A DNA stretch of 64,000 nucleotides from Phoronis australis (lineage: Eukaryota > Animalia > Phoronida): positions 507,251 through 571,250 of the forward strand of contig NMRA01000253.1 of assembly GCA_002633005.1 (NCBI GenBank), written 5' to 3'. Position numbers and translations under genes: made by a program. Positions 51,801 through 60,722 of this stretch are shown piece by piece; the first letter of the stretch is position 1, and the number at the start of each line of letters is the position of its first letter. The notes beneath the pieces were generated by a model. It ran no database searches. It was not told where the DNA came from and saw only the letters and a list, made by a program, of their open reading frames with translations.

Positions 51801-54773
51801 TGGTATATTGTGATTTCTATTACAAAAATACATCTGAACTTGACAATTTGGCCGCCATTTTGTTTATGCTAATTAGATGGTCAAAAATGCAAAATTAGGT
51901 TTGGGAACAGGGTTTGTTGAATTTGCCATGCCTTGATTGTGTGAAAAAGTCTTGTTCCCAACTATTACTAAAAAATGCTTCTAGAACCTTATACAGGGCT
52001 CTTTTCAGGAAATGCGTCTAGACTATCAAGAGATACAGCTGTGGGTGTAAAAAAAAAATCAAAACTGACACTAAGAGGCGCCACAGTAATCGAAGCTGTT
52101 CGAAAATCATCATCAGTTGTCATCTTCACACTAAGAACATATAAGCTAATGTTCACAATCATCCTAAGATGGCGCAAAATATGTCGAATCCGTCCGAACG
52201 AAAAAATGTCATCGTTTCTTTAAAACTAGGGATCCTTCCGAAAGTTGTCGTTTTCCGTTGACAACTTCACGCGCTAAATTTAATAAAGATCCTGCAGCTA
52301 AAAAACAAAACTGCCACTAGGAGGCGCCACAGTAGTCAAAGTCGGAAAATCATCTGCAATCCTCCTCTTCATGGTAAGAACATACGCGCCAATTTTCACA
52401 ATTATCCTCAGAGTGGTTTGGGTGATAGCGGGGGACACCAAAAATACACTCGAGAATAGTAAAAAATGATCACTAGATGGCGCAACATGCCTCAAACCCA
52501 TCCGAAAACGGAAGGATAGCGTCCTCTCATTAATAGAGGCCTATATGCCAAATTTCATGAAAACTGGTTGAGGACCTTTGAAGATACAGAGGCAAACGTG
52601 AAAAACTAAAATTGCCACTGAAGGGCACAGCAGTAGTCGGGTCGGTCCGAAACTCGTCGGCCTCTGTCGTCAACCCGCAACACACCTGCCAAATTTCAGT
52701 AAGATCCTGCAAGGGGTTTAAGACAGCCGTGGACGCCCGGCGGAAGATCAGACAAAGATGACGGCAGTATGCACCTACATATAAATATGTGGGCGCATAA
52801 AAAGGACACAAACACTCTTCTGGTGATTTCAATGCATAGGCGTCTCACTTGAGTGACAAAACGGTATTCAGAGCAATAACAACACACTGTTTCACAGAAT
52901 GGATATCATTTTTATTGGTGGGTGTGTAGTGAGGAAAAGAGTTGCCATTTGGTAATTGCGTTTTAAAAATCACAGTGGAGTGGATAAAAAAGAAGAACGG
53001 TACATAAGCAAATTTAGCTCTATGAGGATCTTTGATGGAGTGGGTGTTCGAAACTTAATATAAATGACCAGTGCCTAAGTTGAACGTGAATCGCATTATT
53101 TTTCGGTTTTCAAAACAGACAAATCCAGTAGACGGTGAGTGTAAGGACATTTTGCATGAGCGGTAAGAGGATAAAACGACTTCTTTAACGGATGGTTCCG
53201 ATAACGAGAATAACATGAAAATAGACCTGATAGAATGCCTTCAGAAGAGTACATTTAGAGGATGATCCGCTATCGAATAACGCAGCGAAACAGTCAACCA
53301 ATACCAATCCACGTCGTCTTGGTTCTGCCAAAGACAGTATTGATGTTAAATCCAACAATGAAGCCTCTCAAATACTATCATTACAGCATGCAAATGTTGA
53401 TTGATCGAACCCGTGGCATGAGGCAACTCCGGTACTCACATTTGGGTTTTGTTACACCAACGCCTGAGCGAGCTTGAACCAGACTGTGACTAACCCGTTC
53501 TAATGTATTCACAACTTAGTGCGCCTGGCTTAGCCACTCTGATGAAGAAAATTTATTCGCTAGTTTCTTTCATAACCCATCGATTTTAACAACTCGAAGA
53601 TGGCTAGTCTTTGCTTTTCAGGTTTGGAAACGGTAACTTTGATCGTTTGTCTTACTTGTTGTTTCTTTTTGTACTTTGGAACTCGAACGCTAAACAGAAA
53701 TGTTGGTTTACGAACGGAATTACATGTAACGTGTTCAATACGCTTTTGGCCAAGCCCATGAATAACGACTAGCTCACGTCAATCTGTGACGGGGCCATCA
53801 AGCTTTTTATGAGCCGAGAAATTCGCTGGATACTCTGAGGTGAACATTGCACGCCTTTTCGTCATCTTGCGTGGTAATTCTCGCTGCGTAGGAGTCATCT
53901 AACAACGTAAAAATTGGGAATGCTCGAAAGATAAGCATCTACTCAGAAACTTCGGCTATGAAACGAAATAAAAGGAAGTGAGATGGGGAAACAAAGATTG
54001 GTTGAAATATCTTCGTGCTTTTGAAGCGATAAGCTGCGATTCAGTGTGCAAAGGTAGAGGTGCTCCCATAATTCATTTGATCCCTACGTGAGGTCGTTTG
54101 GTAGTCGCAGTATTTTACCTGCCACGGGCAATAGACAATTGTTGAATTTTTTAACTTAATCCAGAGTATGCAAGTTACTGGAGTATTTTGCATCGCATTT
54201 ATTCTGGTTTGCACGGCTGCATTTTCCTGTTCTCACGATGTCTGTCTCGTTAGCTTTCACTGCACTGCAGTTAATGCGCAAACTGTTACGTTTTTGGGCA
54301 GCAACGTCAGCCTGTTCAGCACATCTAAACGGTTAGAAACTTAAGTTGACATTAAACGACATGCAGTATTTATTGAAAAAAAAGAAAAAAGTTTCATTAT
54401 TTTCTAATTGGTACGTCCAAATTGTCTGGCACTTATCTGTCAACTGCTTGCATAAGTTGTAAATTTTAACTAATTACTTGATGAGGGCTCCCTCTCAAAG
54501 CCCGTTCTTCCACCGCTTTCTCAACAGCGGCAACCCTTTCTTGATGTTTAGTCCAAATGATAGCTATATCGAAAGATATCTTTGTCAAAATCAATCGAAA
54601 CCAACATATCATATTCCCATAGCTGTTGCACAATATCTCATATGTAACTAAGTAAATTGGTGATTTCTTCCTAGATTGCAGCTTCCACGTTTAGAGATTC
54701 TTACCTGCATAGGTGCAGCTGTTGCCATTCCAATTAGCGCTACAGACAGAAGGAAGGGACTCTTTATCTTCAT
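9596..54773 (-). CDS. Astacin-family (M12A) zinc metalloprotease, multi-exon gene model; 3' end uncertain
   Basis: Phase-compatible GT-AG exons: 54705-54773, 39894-39936, 37385-37467, 36478-36553, 31885-32020, 14276-14451, 9596-9817. They encode a signal peptide, the FEGDI pro-domain motif, an R|NA maturation site, HELLHTLGFLHE, the SIMHY Met-turn and all four catalytic-domain cysteines. Confidence 0.85.
11075..12839 (+). mobile_element. Internally deleted Academ-like element
   Basis: Short terminal inverted repeat AGGTCCG/CGGACCT; internal 'RNPDTDVVLLGLA' near 11760 and a degenerate Cys-containing tail near 12080-12180. Confidence 0.4.
12748..13640. repeat. ~385-bp duplication across an n gap (13254); copy 1 is followed by a MITE start
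   Basis: 12748-13132 matches 13255-13640. Only copy 1 continues with CAGTGGCGGATCTAGG (13134-13253). Confidence 0.9.
14276..14451 (-). CDS. Astacin exon: zinc-binding motif
   Basis: (G)CYSSVGRKGKNQTLSLGSGCERKGTIMHELLHTLGFLHEQSRADRDDYVTVHYENIQK; acceptor tttcag, donor gtaatt. Confidence 0.97.
15339..16350 (-). mobile_element. ISL2EU/Harbinger-superfamily transposon remnant (DDE_Tnp_4-type transposase fragment)
   Basis: ORF 15781-16116 'GSDRYIVQKSGFL...DKIMADRGFTI...LNIPPF...RIHLERAIRR'. Short TIR AGACAGA/TCTGTCT flanked by AT on both sides. Confidence 0.75.
17480..17696 (-). pseudogene. Degenerate THAP domain, transposon-derived
   Basis: 'MGKRC*YGVCNTDSRY' then, after a frameshift, 'PKPKNDVEKRKLWIKLYG', matching the THAP C-x-C...P...W layout. 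Confidence 0.55.
17880..21090 (+). mobile_element. Decayed Academ-like element (N-terminal transposase region); boundaries approximate
   Basis: 'IVHTALKLRNDL...IIP*SVYVFLSILLG', 'RKLTPKHIGLGLAL', 'IPQWSAFNA' with stops; right subterminal region has repeated GTTRCCATGGYAAC motifs. Confidence 0.6.
19230..19625. repeat. 198-bp tandem duplication
   Basis: 19230-19427 and 19428-19625 are nearly identical (one substitution seen: gttttgg vs gtttcgg). Confidence 0.9.
21410..28166. mobile_element. 6.75-kb foldback element with long terminal inverted repeats and palindromic subrepeat arrays
   Basis: 21410-~21680 is the reverse complement of ~27835-28166 ((c)AGTCTCAAAGTG...CACTTTGAGACTA). Blocks at 21700-22820 are mirrored at 26070-27830. 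Many TGCGGAACGGTTCCGCA and GCGGAATATTCCGC palindromes. Confidence 0.85.
27906..28005. repeat. 21-bp tandem repeat (TGCGTAATATTCCGCAAAATC), about 4.5 copies, inside the right TIR
   Basis: Units read directly; fewer units are present in the left TIR near 21575-21610. Confidence 0.85.
28800..31610 (-). mobile_element. L1/Tx1-like LINE ORF2 (APE endonuclease and linker), degenerate, interrupted by a MITE
   Basis: 'IFCLQGT', 'SDSRGVAILFN', 'LVNIYG', 'SDFN', 'TFSWSRTNLVKKARLDYFLV' (after removing the MITE), 'SDHSNV', 'GVMVRSRANWVENGENPTNFFCALEKRN'. Confidence 0.85.
29652..31033. mobile_element. PIF/Harbinger-type non-autonomous element (1382 bp)
   Basis: Perfect ~30-bp TIR GGCCCGGTCTCCAATCTCCGTACTCAGACTC, 3-bp TSD CTG on both sides, and subterminal GTACTC/GAGTAC repeats. 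Confidence 0.85.
31885..32020 (-). CDS. Astacin exon: N-terminal helix and first cysteine
   Basis: (A)QSTKNSIMAAMQEIMDVTKVGNSKCIQFTKRYKEKAYVNIQPFN(G); acceptor ctttcag, donor gtaag; phases 1 and 2 fit the neighbours. Not in the ORF track in this frame. Confidence 0.92.
32751..35737 (-). mobile_element. Ty3/Gypsy LTR retrotransposon, internally deleted
   Basis: ~145-bp LTRs at 32751-32895 and 35592-35737, TSD GTATG, PBS TGGTGGCAACGGT (tRNA-Leu-like), PPT AAAGAGGGGGAA, protease 'LKIDSGCSGNTLP', integrase ORF 33186-33716 ('TDNRSQY', 'TSSPHY'). Most of RT/RNase H is missing. Confidence 0.9.
36478..36553 (-). CDS. Astacin exon: mature N-terminus
   Basis: HRNALANRGKLWPKGIVYYKINDTF; acceptor tttcttgcag, donor gtagg. 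Confidence 0.93.
37385..37467 (-). CDS. Astacin exon: pro-domain
   Basis: LSNEVNPEELGGKFEGDIDMPARFNPK with the FEGDI aspartate-switch motif; acceptor ctcctcag, donor gtatg. Confidence 0.92.
39894..39936 (-). CDS. Probable small astacin pro-domain exon
   Basis: ttaattgcag|43 nt|gtaagt encoding PGDLSNSALPGQTD; phase 0 in and phase 1 out, bridging the signal exon and the FEGDI exon. Confidence 0.65.
41135..41243. repeat. 25-bp tandem repeat (TGGTCCTACCATAGATATTAGTCTA), 4.3 copies, with an internal palindrome
   Basis: Units read directly. Confidence 0.95.
41704..47594 (+). CDS. Secreted BBE-like FAD-linked oxidoreductase (FAD_binding_4 plus BBE domain), 7 coding exons, 537 aa
   Basis: Exons 41704-42065, 42370-42508, 43442-43700, 43929-44138, 44363-44683, 44890-45041, 47424-47594; all GT-AG, 1614 nt in total, no internal stop. 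Signal peptide MFFILFALFSCAFG; 'SSGHDYIGRNT'; 'GGYTLGGGHSP'; 'DLFWALRGGGGGTFGIVT'; C-terminal 'YYNE...W..FYWGDKYPALLRVKQKWDPDNTFTCLHCVGS'. Confidence 0.95.
44207..44231. repeat. (CT)n microsatellite next to an n gap
   Basis: Read directly; lies in BBE intron 4. Confidence 0.9.
47799..52803. mobile_element. Helentron-associated (HINE/DINE-like) non-autonomous element, split by the Academ insertion
   Basis: Starts AACAAGAGCAACGC, a start shared with 61384. Diverged internal tandem subunits (GCCACTA..GGC.CAG...CCGAAA) occur at 48030-48140 and 52060-52720. Ends in the hairpin ATGCACCTACATAT-AA-ATATGTGGGCGCAT followed by an A-run. Confidence 0.5.
48143..52025 (+). mobile_element. AcademX-like DNA transposon with both termini and a decayed ORF
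   Basis: Imperfect ~170-bp TIR (TAGTCTCGACGCATTTC / GAAATGCGTCTAGACTA; inner TTTGACCATCTAATT..AAACAAAATGGCCGCCAAA mirrored at 51847-51890); flanks tta/tca. Protein pieces 'RAHKVSLQALW', 'RDGIWELHL', 'GNFVVKRS', 'DIVFDRY', 'HEEA', 'FHAATG', 'LPPT..FHLMRVHYQ', 'CACQK..CRCKK..C...C' (XPG-like plus Cys-rich tail). Confidence 0.8.
54705..54773 (-). CDS. Signal-peptide exon, probably the first coding exon of the astacin
   Basis: tttctcag|ACAAGACA ATG ... MKIKSPFLLSVALIGMATAAPMQ|gtaag. A candidate 5'UTR exon donor (GAG|gtgagt) lies at 55451. Confidence 0.75.
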
Positions 54774-56094
54774 TGTCTTGTCTGAGAAATAAAATGGAAA
54801 TTTAAAATAAATGTGTCGTCAGAGAATTGCGATAATGTTCCGTCATCCAAGGTTTGGTCCAAAGCTATCACAATTACACCGAAGTATTGAATTAGCGCCT
54901 TTTATATACATTTATGGAACACACTAAGTGCCGCCTTTAAAGACCGCTGATGCACGAGTTCGTTAGCTTGTGACGATGATGCTGGTGACGTTTAGTCAAT
55001 ACACGTGCAAGAAGTAATCGGAATTGAGGTTTCAACAATCAGTTGAATCATGGAACCAATCACAACGGCACTCGAAAACAACGTGATTTGATTTTTGCCC
55101 GTAATGTGACCTATAGTGTGCGTATTTAACAGGTTCCATTTTATTGACCAATTGATTGGGACGGCAACATGATCGCAACATTGGCTACGAACTGTCGTGT
55201 AAAAAGTCAAATCAACCACCGTGATATCGAATATATATTACCAACGGCCCAAATACGTCTTTTTGATTAAAGGTCATCGGTCCTGAACTTACGCAAGCAT
55301 TACTAGTTAGTTGTCGAAGACAAAGCTGAGTTGTCATGTGGTATTCCATAAATAATCAGATTCGCCCAGTCGCTGCATTACGTTTTATTCCAGAGGCGTT
55401 GAAATCAGTCTATTGCAGTGCGGCCATTTGATACTGTTTTCCGTACTCACCTCCTGCACTACTTCAACTGCCTTCTGACATGGAAAGTTTAAAGGTAGGT
55501 CAATGTCGATTCGACATTGTTAGCCAGTTCGATCACCAAACTTTCCGAAAATAGTTTAAAATAATACAATTGCAACAGTATAAATAACACTAAACATGCA
55601 ATGAGGTCCCAAAAGTAAGTAACATCTGGTACAAAACTGTTGATTGTATGAACACCTCTGTCTCAGTTTTCAATTGCTAAATATTATATCGTCTCCAACT
55701 AAGGCCCCGATTCCTATTTTCAGGAAATGATACAAGTTGCACTCAACAGTTTGTGCTGGTGTGGGCTTGAAAAACAGGACCTGGCAGCTCCAGCAATCTG
55801 TTCTACATGGACGGTATATTATGCTCAAGAAATCGCTTTTGATCCATTAGTGTAGATTTAAAGATGACTTGTATTTCCCGAAAGTGGTTTAGCCGTTGAT
55901 ACAGTGTTCAAGTAGCACACGTTTTAAATTCAATATGAACCTTTCTCCAAGCATGTTTTCGTTTTACCAAAGCGTTTAGAATAATTTATACATGTACTTA
56001 ACTTACCACCTAAATATGGCCTAACATGCGACAAAGTAAGCTCGGTTCAAAGCAGTTCGGGGCTCCAGACCATTTAAGTACGTTTTGATCCATN

Positions 56095-56488
56095 ACACCT
56101 TCACTCACTCCAAATTGCAACTGTTTGTGCAGCTTTCGGGCTCCTCCCGAACTTGGTTGCCAATAGTTTAGCCCCAGCAATTCTCGGGCTCCTCCCGAGC
56201 TTGATTGCATCTCACCTTTCGGATCTGAATAACCAAATTGCCCCGTTCTTGCACACACAACTATTAATCAGCGACTGGCTTGCCCGTGTATCAGAACTGT
56301 ATAAATCACAACGCTGCGATACTAAATCATGGAACAACTGGATTGTATAAGTGTGAAATATTGTAGTTATATATTCTTACAATAAACCTATGTGTTATTC
56401 ACCAACTTTTAGTTTTCAATATCACCCTCAGTCCGCACCGGGCTCGTAAAATCGGGGCGCCTTGGTCGTAGATACCGCCCCCGTTACA
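56095..56488 (+). mobile_element. Possible LTR fragment, cut by an n gap
   Basis: AATAAA at ~56381 followed by a ...CCCCGTTACA end; begins at the gap at 56094. Confidence 0.3.
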
Positions 56489-59400
56489 TAATAATAGACT
56501 ATGAGCTGAGAGCACCGTCGTTCGCAAGTTTTTCTCGTAACGAGACAGAACACATGTTTATTTCTGGACTAACAGTTCAGGTATTCGTTCTTAACTGCTT
56601 GAGGCTGTTGCGATCATCTGATATTCAAGTTTTTACGTCCCGTCGGTGCTCCTTATGCTCTTGAATATTTGGTAGTTGTCCAGACCCCTGTATAGACACC
56701 ACACTTTTTCGTATGCTAAAAAGGTGTGTGTAAGCCGATGTTCCAACAATTTTTTTTGCTGGTGGTGTGACTCATACCCAGATGTGCAAAAATGTGTTTT
56801 CACGAAACTTAGTGAGCCAAGTTCATGTGACGAAATCGAGAAGGGTTTTTAATTATCTTAAGAAAAACTCCAGGGACACGTTAAGTGCCAGAAACGTACG
56901 AGGATGCATGGAAATTTCACTGTTTGCCAACAAAAACAAAAAGTTGTCTTACACGGGGGGGGGTTTACCCGACCCCCCGCTCGAAGCCACGCGCCTCGGA
57001 TTCGACCTTTGCGGGAATCCTAAACCCCCCCCTTGCTGAAAACGTAGATCCGCCACTGAAGATTAGAATGAGGTCAACATCGAACGTTCTGCGGCTACCT
57101 ATGGTGTTGACAAAAGTTTGAAGTGTCAGAACCATAGACAGAGTGCGCGCGATGTCTATGATTCCTGTTCTTCTTCAGTTGACGAAAACATTGCTATCAG
57201 CATAAAGAATGACCGTGGGAAATTCATTTTGAGGTGGACACCTGTATCCAAGAATAAAATTAATATTAATACTCTGTATTATCTCACCCTCCGCGTTTCG
57301 TTTCTGTGACGTTGTTTGAGGTTGCGGTATCGTGAAACAACGCCGTCGGGTGAGAGAAGTTGCACCGAATAATTGGAATTGGCTGCAGTTCTTTCTTTTA
57401 GAGTGACCGGACTCAACTGTGCCGTTTTCTTGGCAAGTCTCCGCCGAAATTTTTCTGAGCATTGAAGACATCAGTCTTCTCCTGCGCCAATCAACCTTTT
57501 ATCTGCTACAGAAATGTTATGCCTAATTTTCTACCATTTTAGCACACTTTGTGGCTCTGCTACAATTAGCACTGCCATAATCGTAGTTCTTAATTCCGCC
57601 ACAGTATGCATACTTGGAAGTTAGTTTTGCTAGGTGTTCTCCCAAATTAAGCCACAACAGTTGTTCATCATTAAATGACCCAAATTTCTCGACACCATGG
57701 GCATTTCCGTCAACACAAAACGCACCCTTACCATTCTTAAAAATTCTTATATATGTGCTAATCGCTTCGAAGGACCGGCAGTAAACGTGGCTGGAATGTT
57801 GGCAGCTTCGCGACTAAGTCTACAGCTAACTCCTGTTGAAATTATCCATACTTCAAAATTCTTGTTTGCAGGTGCTGGTAATTGCCTCCAATGGTTTTCA
57901 TAATAAGAGACTAGAAATCCGAGTAGTCACACGCGCCCACTGGTCTGGTGCTGCCTTACATTTTCACTGGCCACCTTGTTACAGTCGACTTGCGCAATAG
58001 CCGAATTAATTAGTGTCCACATCAAATTTTGTGGTCAGTGCCGGGTACAGGCCCATGAGACAAGTTGCAGGTGCAGCAGCAAATTCAGTACGAATTCATA
58101 AACCTTTTTACACACACAATTAAATGCGCAAAACTGCTCCTGTATTTCTTAAACCTTTAATTTAATGCTCAAGCTTTACAACGAGTGCGTGTTGAAACAC
58201 AACATTAACCTTGGACCAACGATGGACTCCTTGCATCAGGACCTTAGTAAGCGGGGGTAGGGCGCGTGCCACCCCAAAAAATTGCATGCCTCAGGGTCAA
58301 ACCGTGGCAACCGATAAAGGTGTGGGGCTGGAGAAAGACAAAAAAGAAAGACTTCGAATACTGATCAGAGAGAAAATTCAAGAGAACATTGACAACTCGG
58401 TATCAGTGTATGGTTTACCATTTGAGGGCCCTGGCCAAGACAATTGTTGTTAGGGTCTACGTTTTTGCAGCAGAGGTCGTCTAAACAACCTTAGAAGTGT
58501 GCACTTAATCATTCATACATGTATTTCGAAAATTCGAGAAAATTTGTAAAGCAAAAATTTTGCGGAGCGTATTAATTCAGTCCAAGTTTTTCAGTGGTCT
58601 ATAAGCAGTGCACTACAGGGGGGTTGAGGGGGCTTTATCCCCACTTTTTTCAGTGCTGCGCCCTCTATACACCTCCGACATGACACTGCCAACTACTCAC
58701 GTGGGGAAGTTGATATTACAAATTTATCAAAAACACAAAACATTCGTGCACAGCACAGAAGCAGCCTTGTGAGAAATGGCCATGCGTCACTGAACTTATC
58801 TGAAGGCTGACTTGCGAAAATTCGATCCGTATCATCAGACCACCATATCGCAAAAAGGGACACTAAACGATAACAGTGATATTCATGAATGTCGGGCAGC
58901 TCTAAATGCTTTACTGAATTAAAAACTAGTCTAATGAAAAAAAATTCACATCGAAAAAGAAGTTCAAGTCATTGCTCATAAATTTGAAAAGATTGTCTTG
59001 GCACTTCCTTGATGCTTGTAGTTCCCTGTAGTATTGTGCAATGAATTTAGGTTCTTCTAAACCGAATCGTTTGCTTGCCATTCCCGTGCATACTGCAAAG
59101 GCTGGACACGTCGTGACTCAGTGACGCACCCACGTTAAAAATAAGGTGTAGTCATGCAGTAGACTGCCCGCATAGAATCCGCGCACAGTGATTGACGGGA
59201 AACTTGAACTGCAGGGGTTGAAGTGTGCATTTTTGGGACACACGTTCATTTTCCCCAGCCGACCGGCAGAAGCTGGACCAGTGGCCGTGTTTCAACAAGG
59301 AATTTTGATACAGCTCTATAGGCCAAGGACTTCGGGATCATACCTTTCAAAAAATGACCGTAATAAAACTGAACTTGAGTCCCGAACTTGACTGGGTCAA

Positions 59401-59692
59401 AAAACGACCTTGGAGCCAGAACACGGGTATAGGTTCGAGTTAAGCCGCACGTCTCAAATGAATCATAGCGGAGCTGACCAGCATTAGTTCGTCGAATGCG
59501 CATGCATGGATCCGAGACTTCCCGGCGACGCCACGACACCGGCCACCGTGGCGGGAGCAAATTTCTTGACTAACACCTGCTTCTAAATGTGGATTTAAGC
59601 AAAATGACGCCAGTCCACGCATACACACATGCAAGCGTATCCAAATACAATTAAATGTATTTTCATGTGAAATCATTCAATGTTCAAAGAAC

Positions 59693-59758
59693 ATTGTGTG
59701 AGTTCTTAGAACATTGAATTGTGTGAGTTCTTAGAACATTGAATTGTGTGAGTTCTTA
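59693..59758. repeat. 25-bp tandem repeat (ATTGTGTGAGTTCTTAGAACATTGA), about 2.6 copies
   Basis: Read directly. Confidence 0.85.
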
Positions 59759-60722
59759 ATTTTCTTAGATCTGCCCAATCAAGTGGAACTGCGTTTCAAG
59801 TTCACTAGGCACCTGAGGGTTCAAATTGGAAGCTCGCGTCGTATGACGTCATATGACGTAGGAGATGCGAGCCTCATTTGCATATATTAGTGACATCTGT
59901 TGATTCAAAAAGGAGAATCATGCCCGAGTACATGCCTGGGAAGAGGCATCTTTTGGAAGGGTAAACGTCATGTTCAAAGCATCCTAGTGCCATTAATATG
60001 CAGTTTTTGGGGACCAAAGTGGTGTCATTTTATAGCTAAAGAGTTAAGCTTTCAAACACAATGCTTGTATTCCAGACGACTTTAACATCTACTTTTGAAT
60101 TCACCTTTGAAAACAGGTTAAAATGCGCTAAAACAGTTGTCTCTTCCTGGTTATCTCTCCCTGATACTAGTTACAAAGATAACAAGCTCAACATCAATTA
60201 AAAGGAATTTCCTCAGCCACCAGAGCATTTTTGAAATTTTCCAAAAAGTGCTCACCATGGGCACATTATTTTCATTGTTAGGCTTCATTTCACATGTTGA
60301 AAAGGTATCCAATCAAAGGACAAAACACTACTAGGTTCATGATGGTCCTTGACCCATGTCATGAAGCTCAGTGGTTTAGATTACCTATTTTAACGTGATA
60401 TAAGTTCGTGATCCACACTCAGTATACTTTCATGTGACCAAGGTACACTGCTATATATTCAAATTAATGGAAGATGCACGTAATTCAGCTGGTTCCTTTT
60501 GCAATTTAATCATGAAAAGATGAAAGCATGGAAATCATAATTTCAGATTTCCACATAGAGTAGACCATTTCTTGGCTTGTACCTGCCTAGGCTGCAACTA
60601 CGGAAAGACATTATTCACCAAATGATTTCTTTCCTAACACTAGAAGAGCAAATCCATCTGATGCAAGCCCTCAATTTCTAATCATTTACAAGCTCAACAC
60701 GCATGGTCTAGCATTGTGGACA

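Noticed and set aside
53000-54400. Possible coding or transposase remnant
   Set aside because: Multiple stops in all frames examined and no motif I could recognise.
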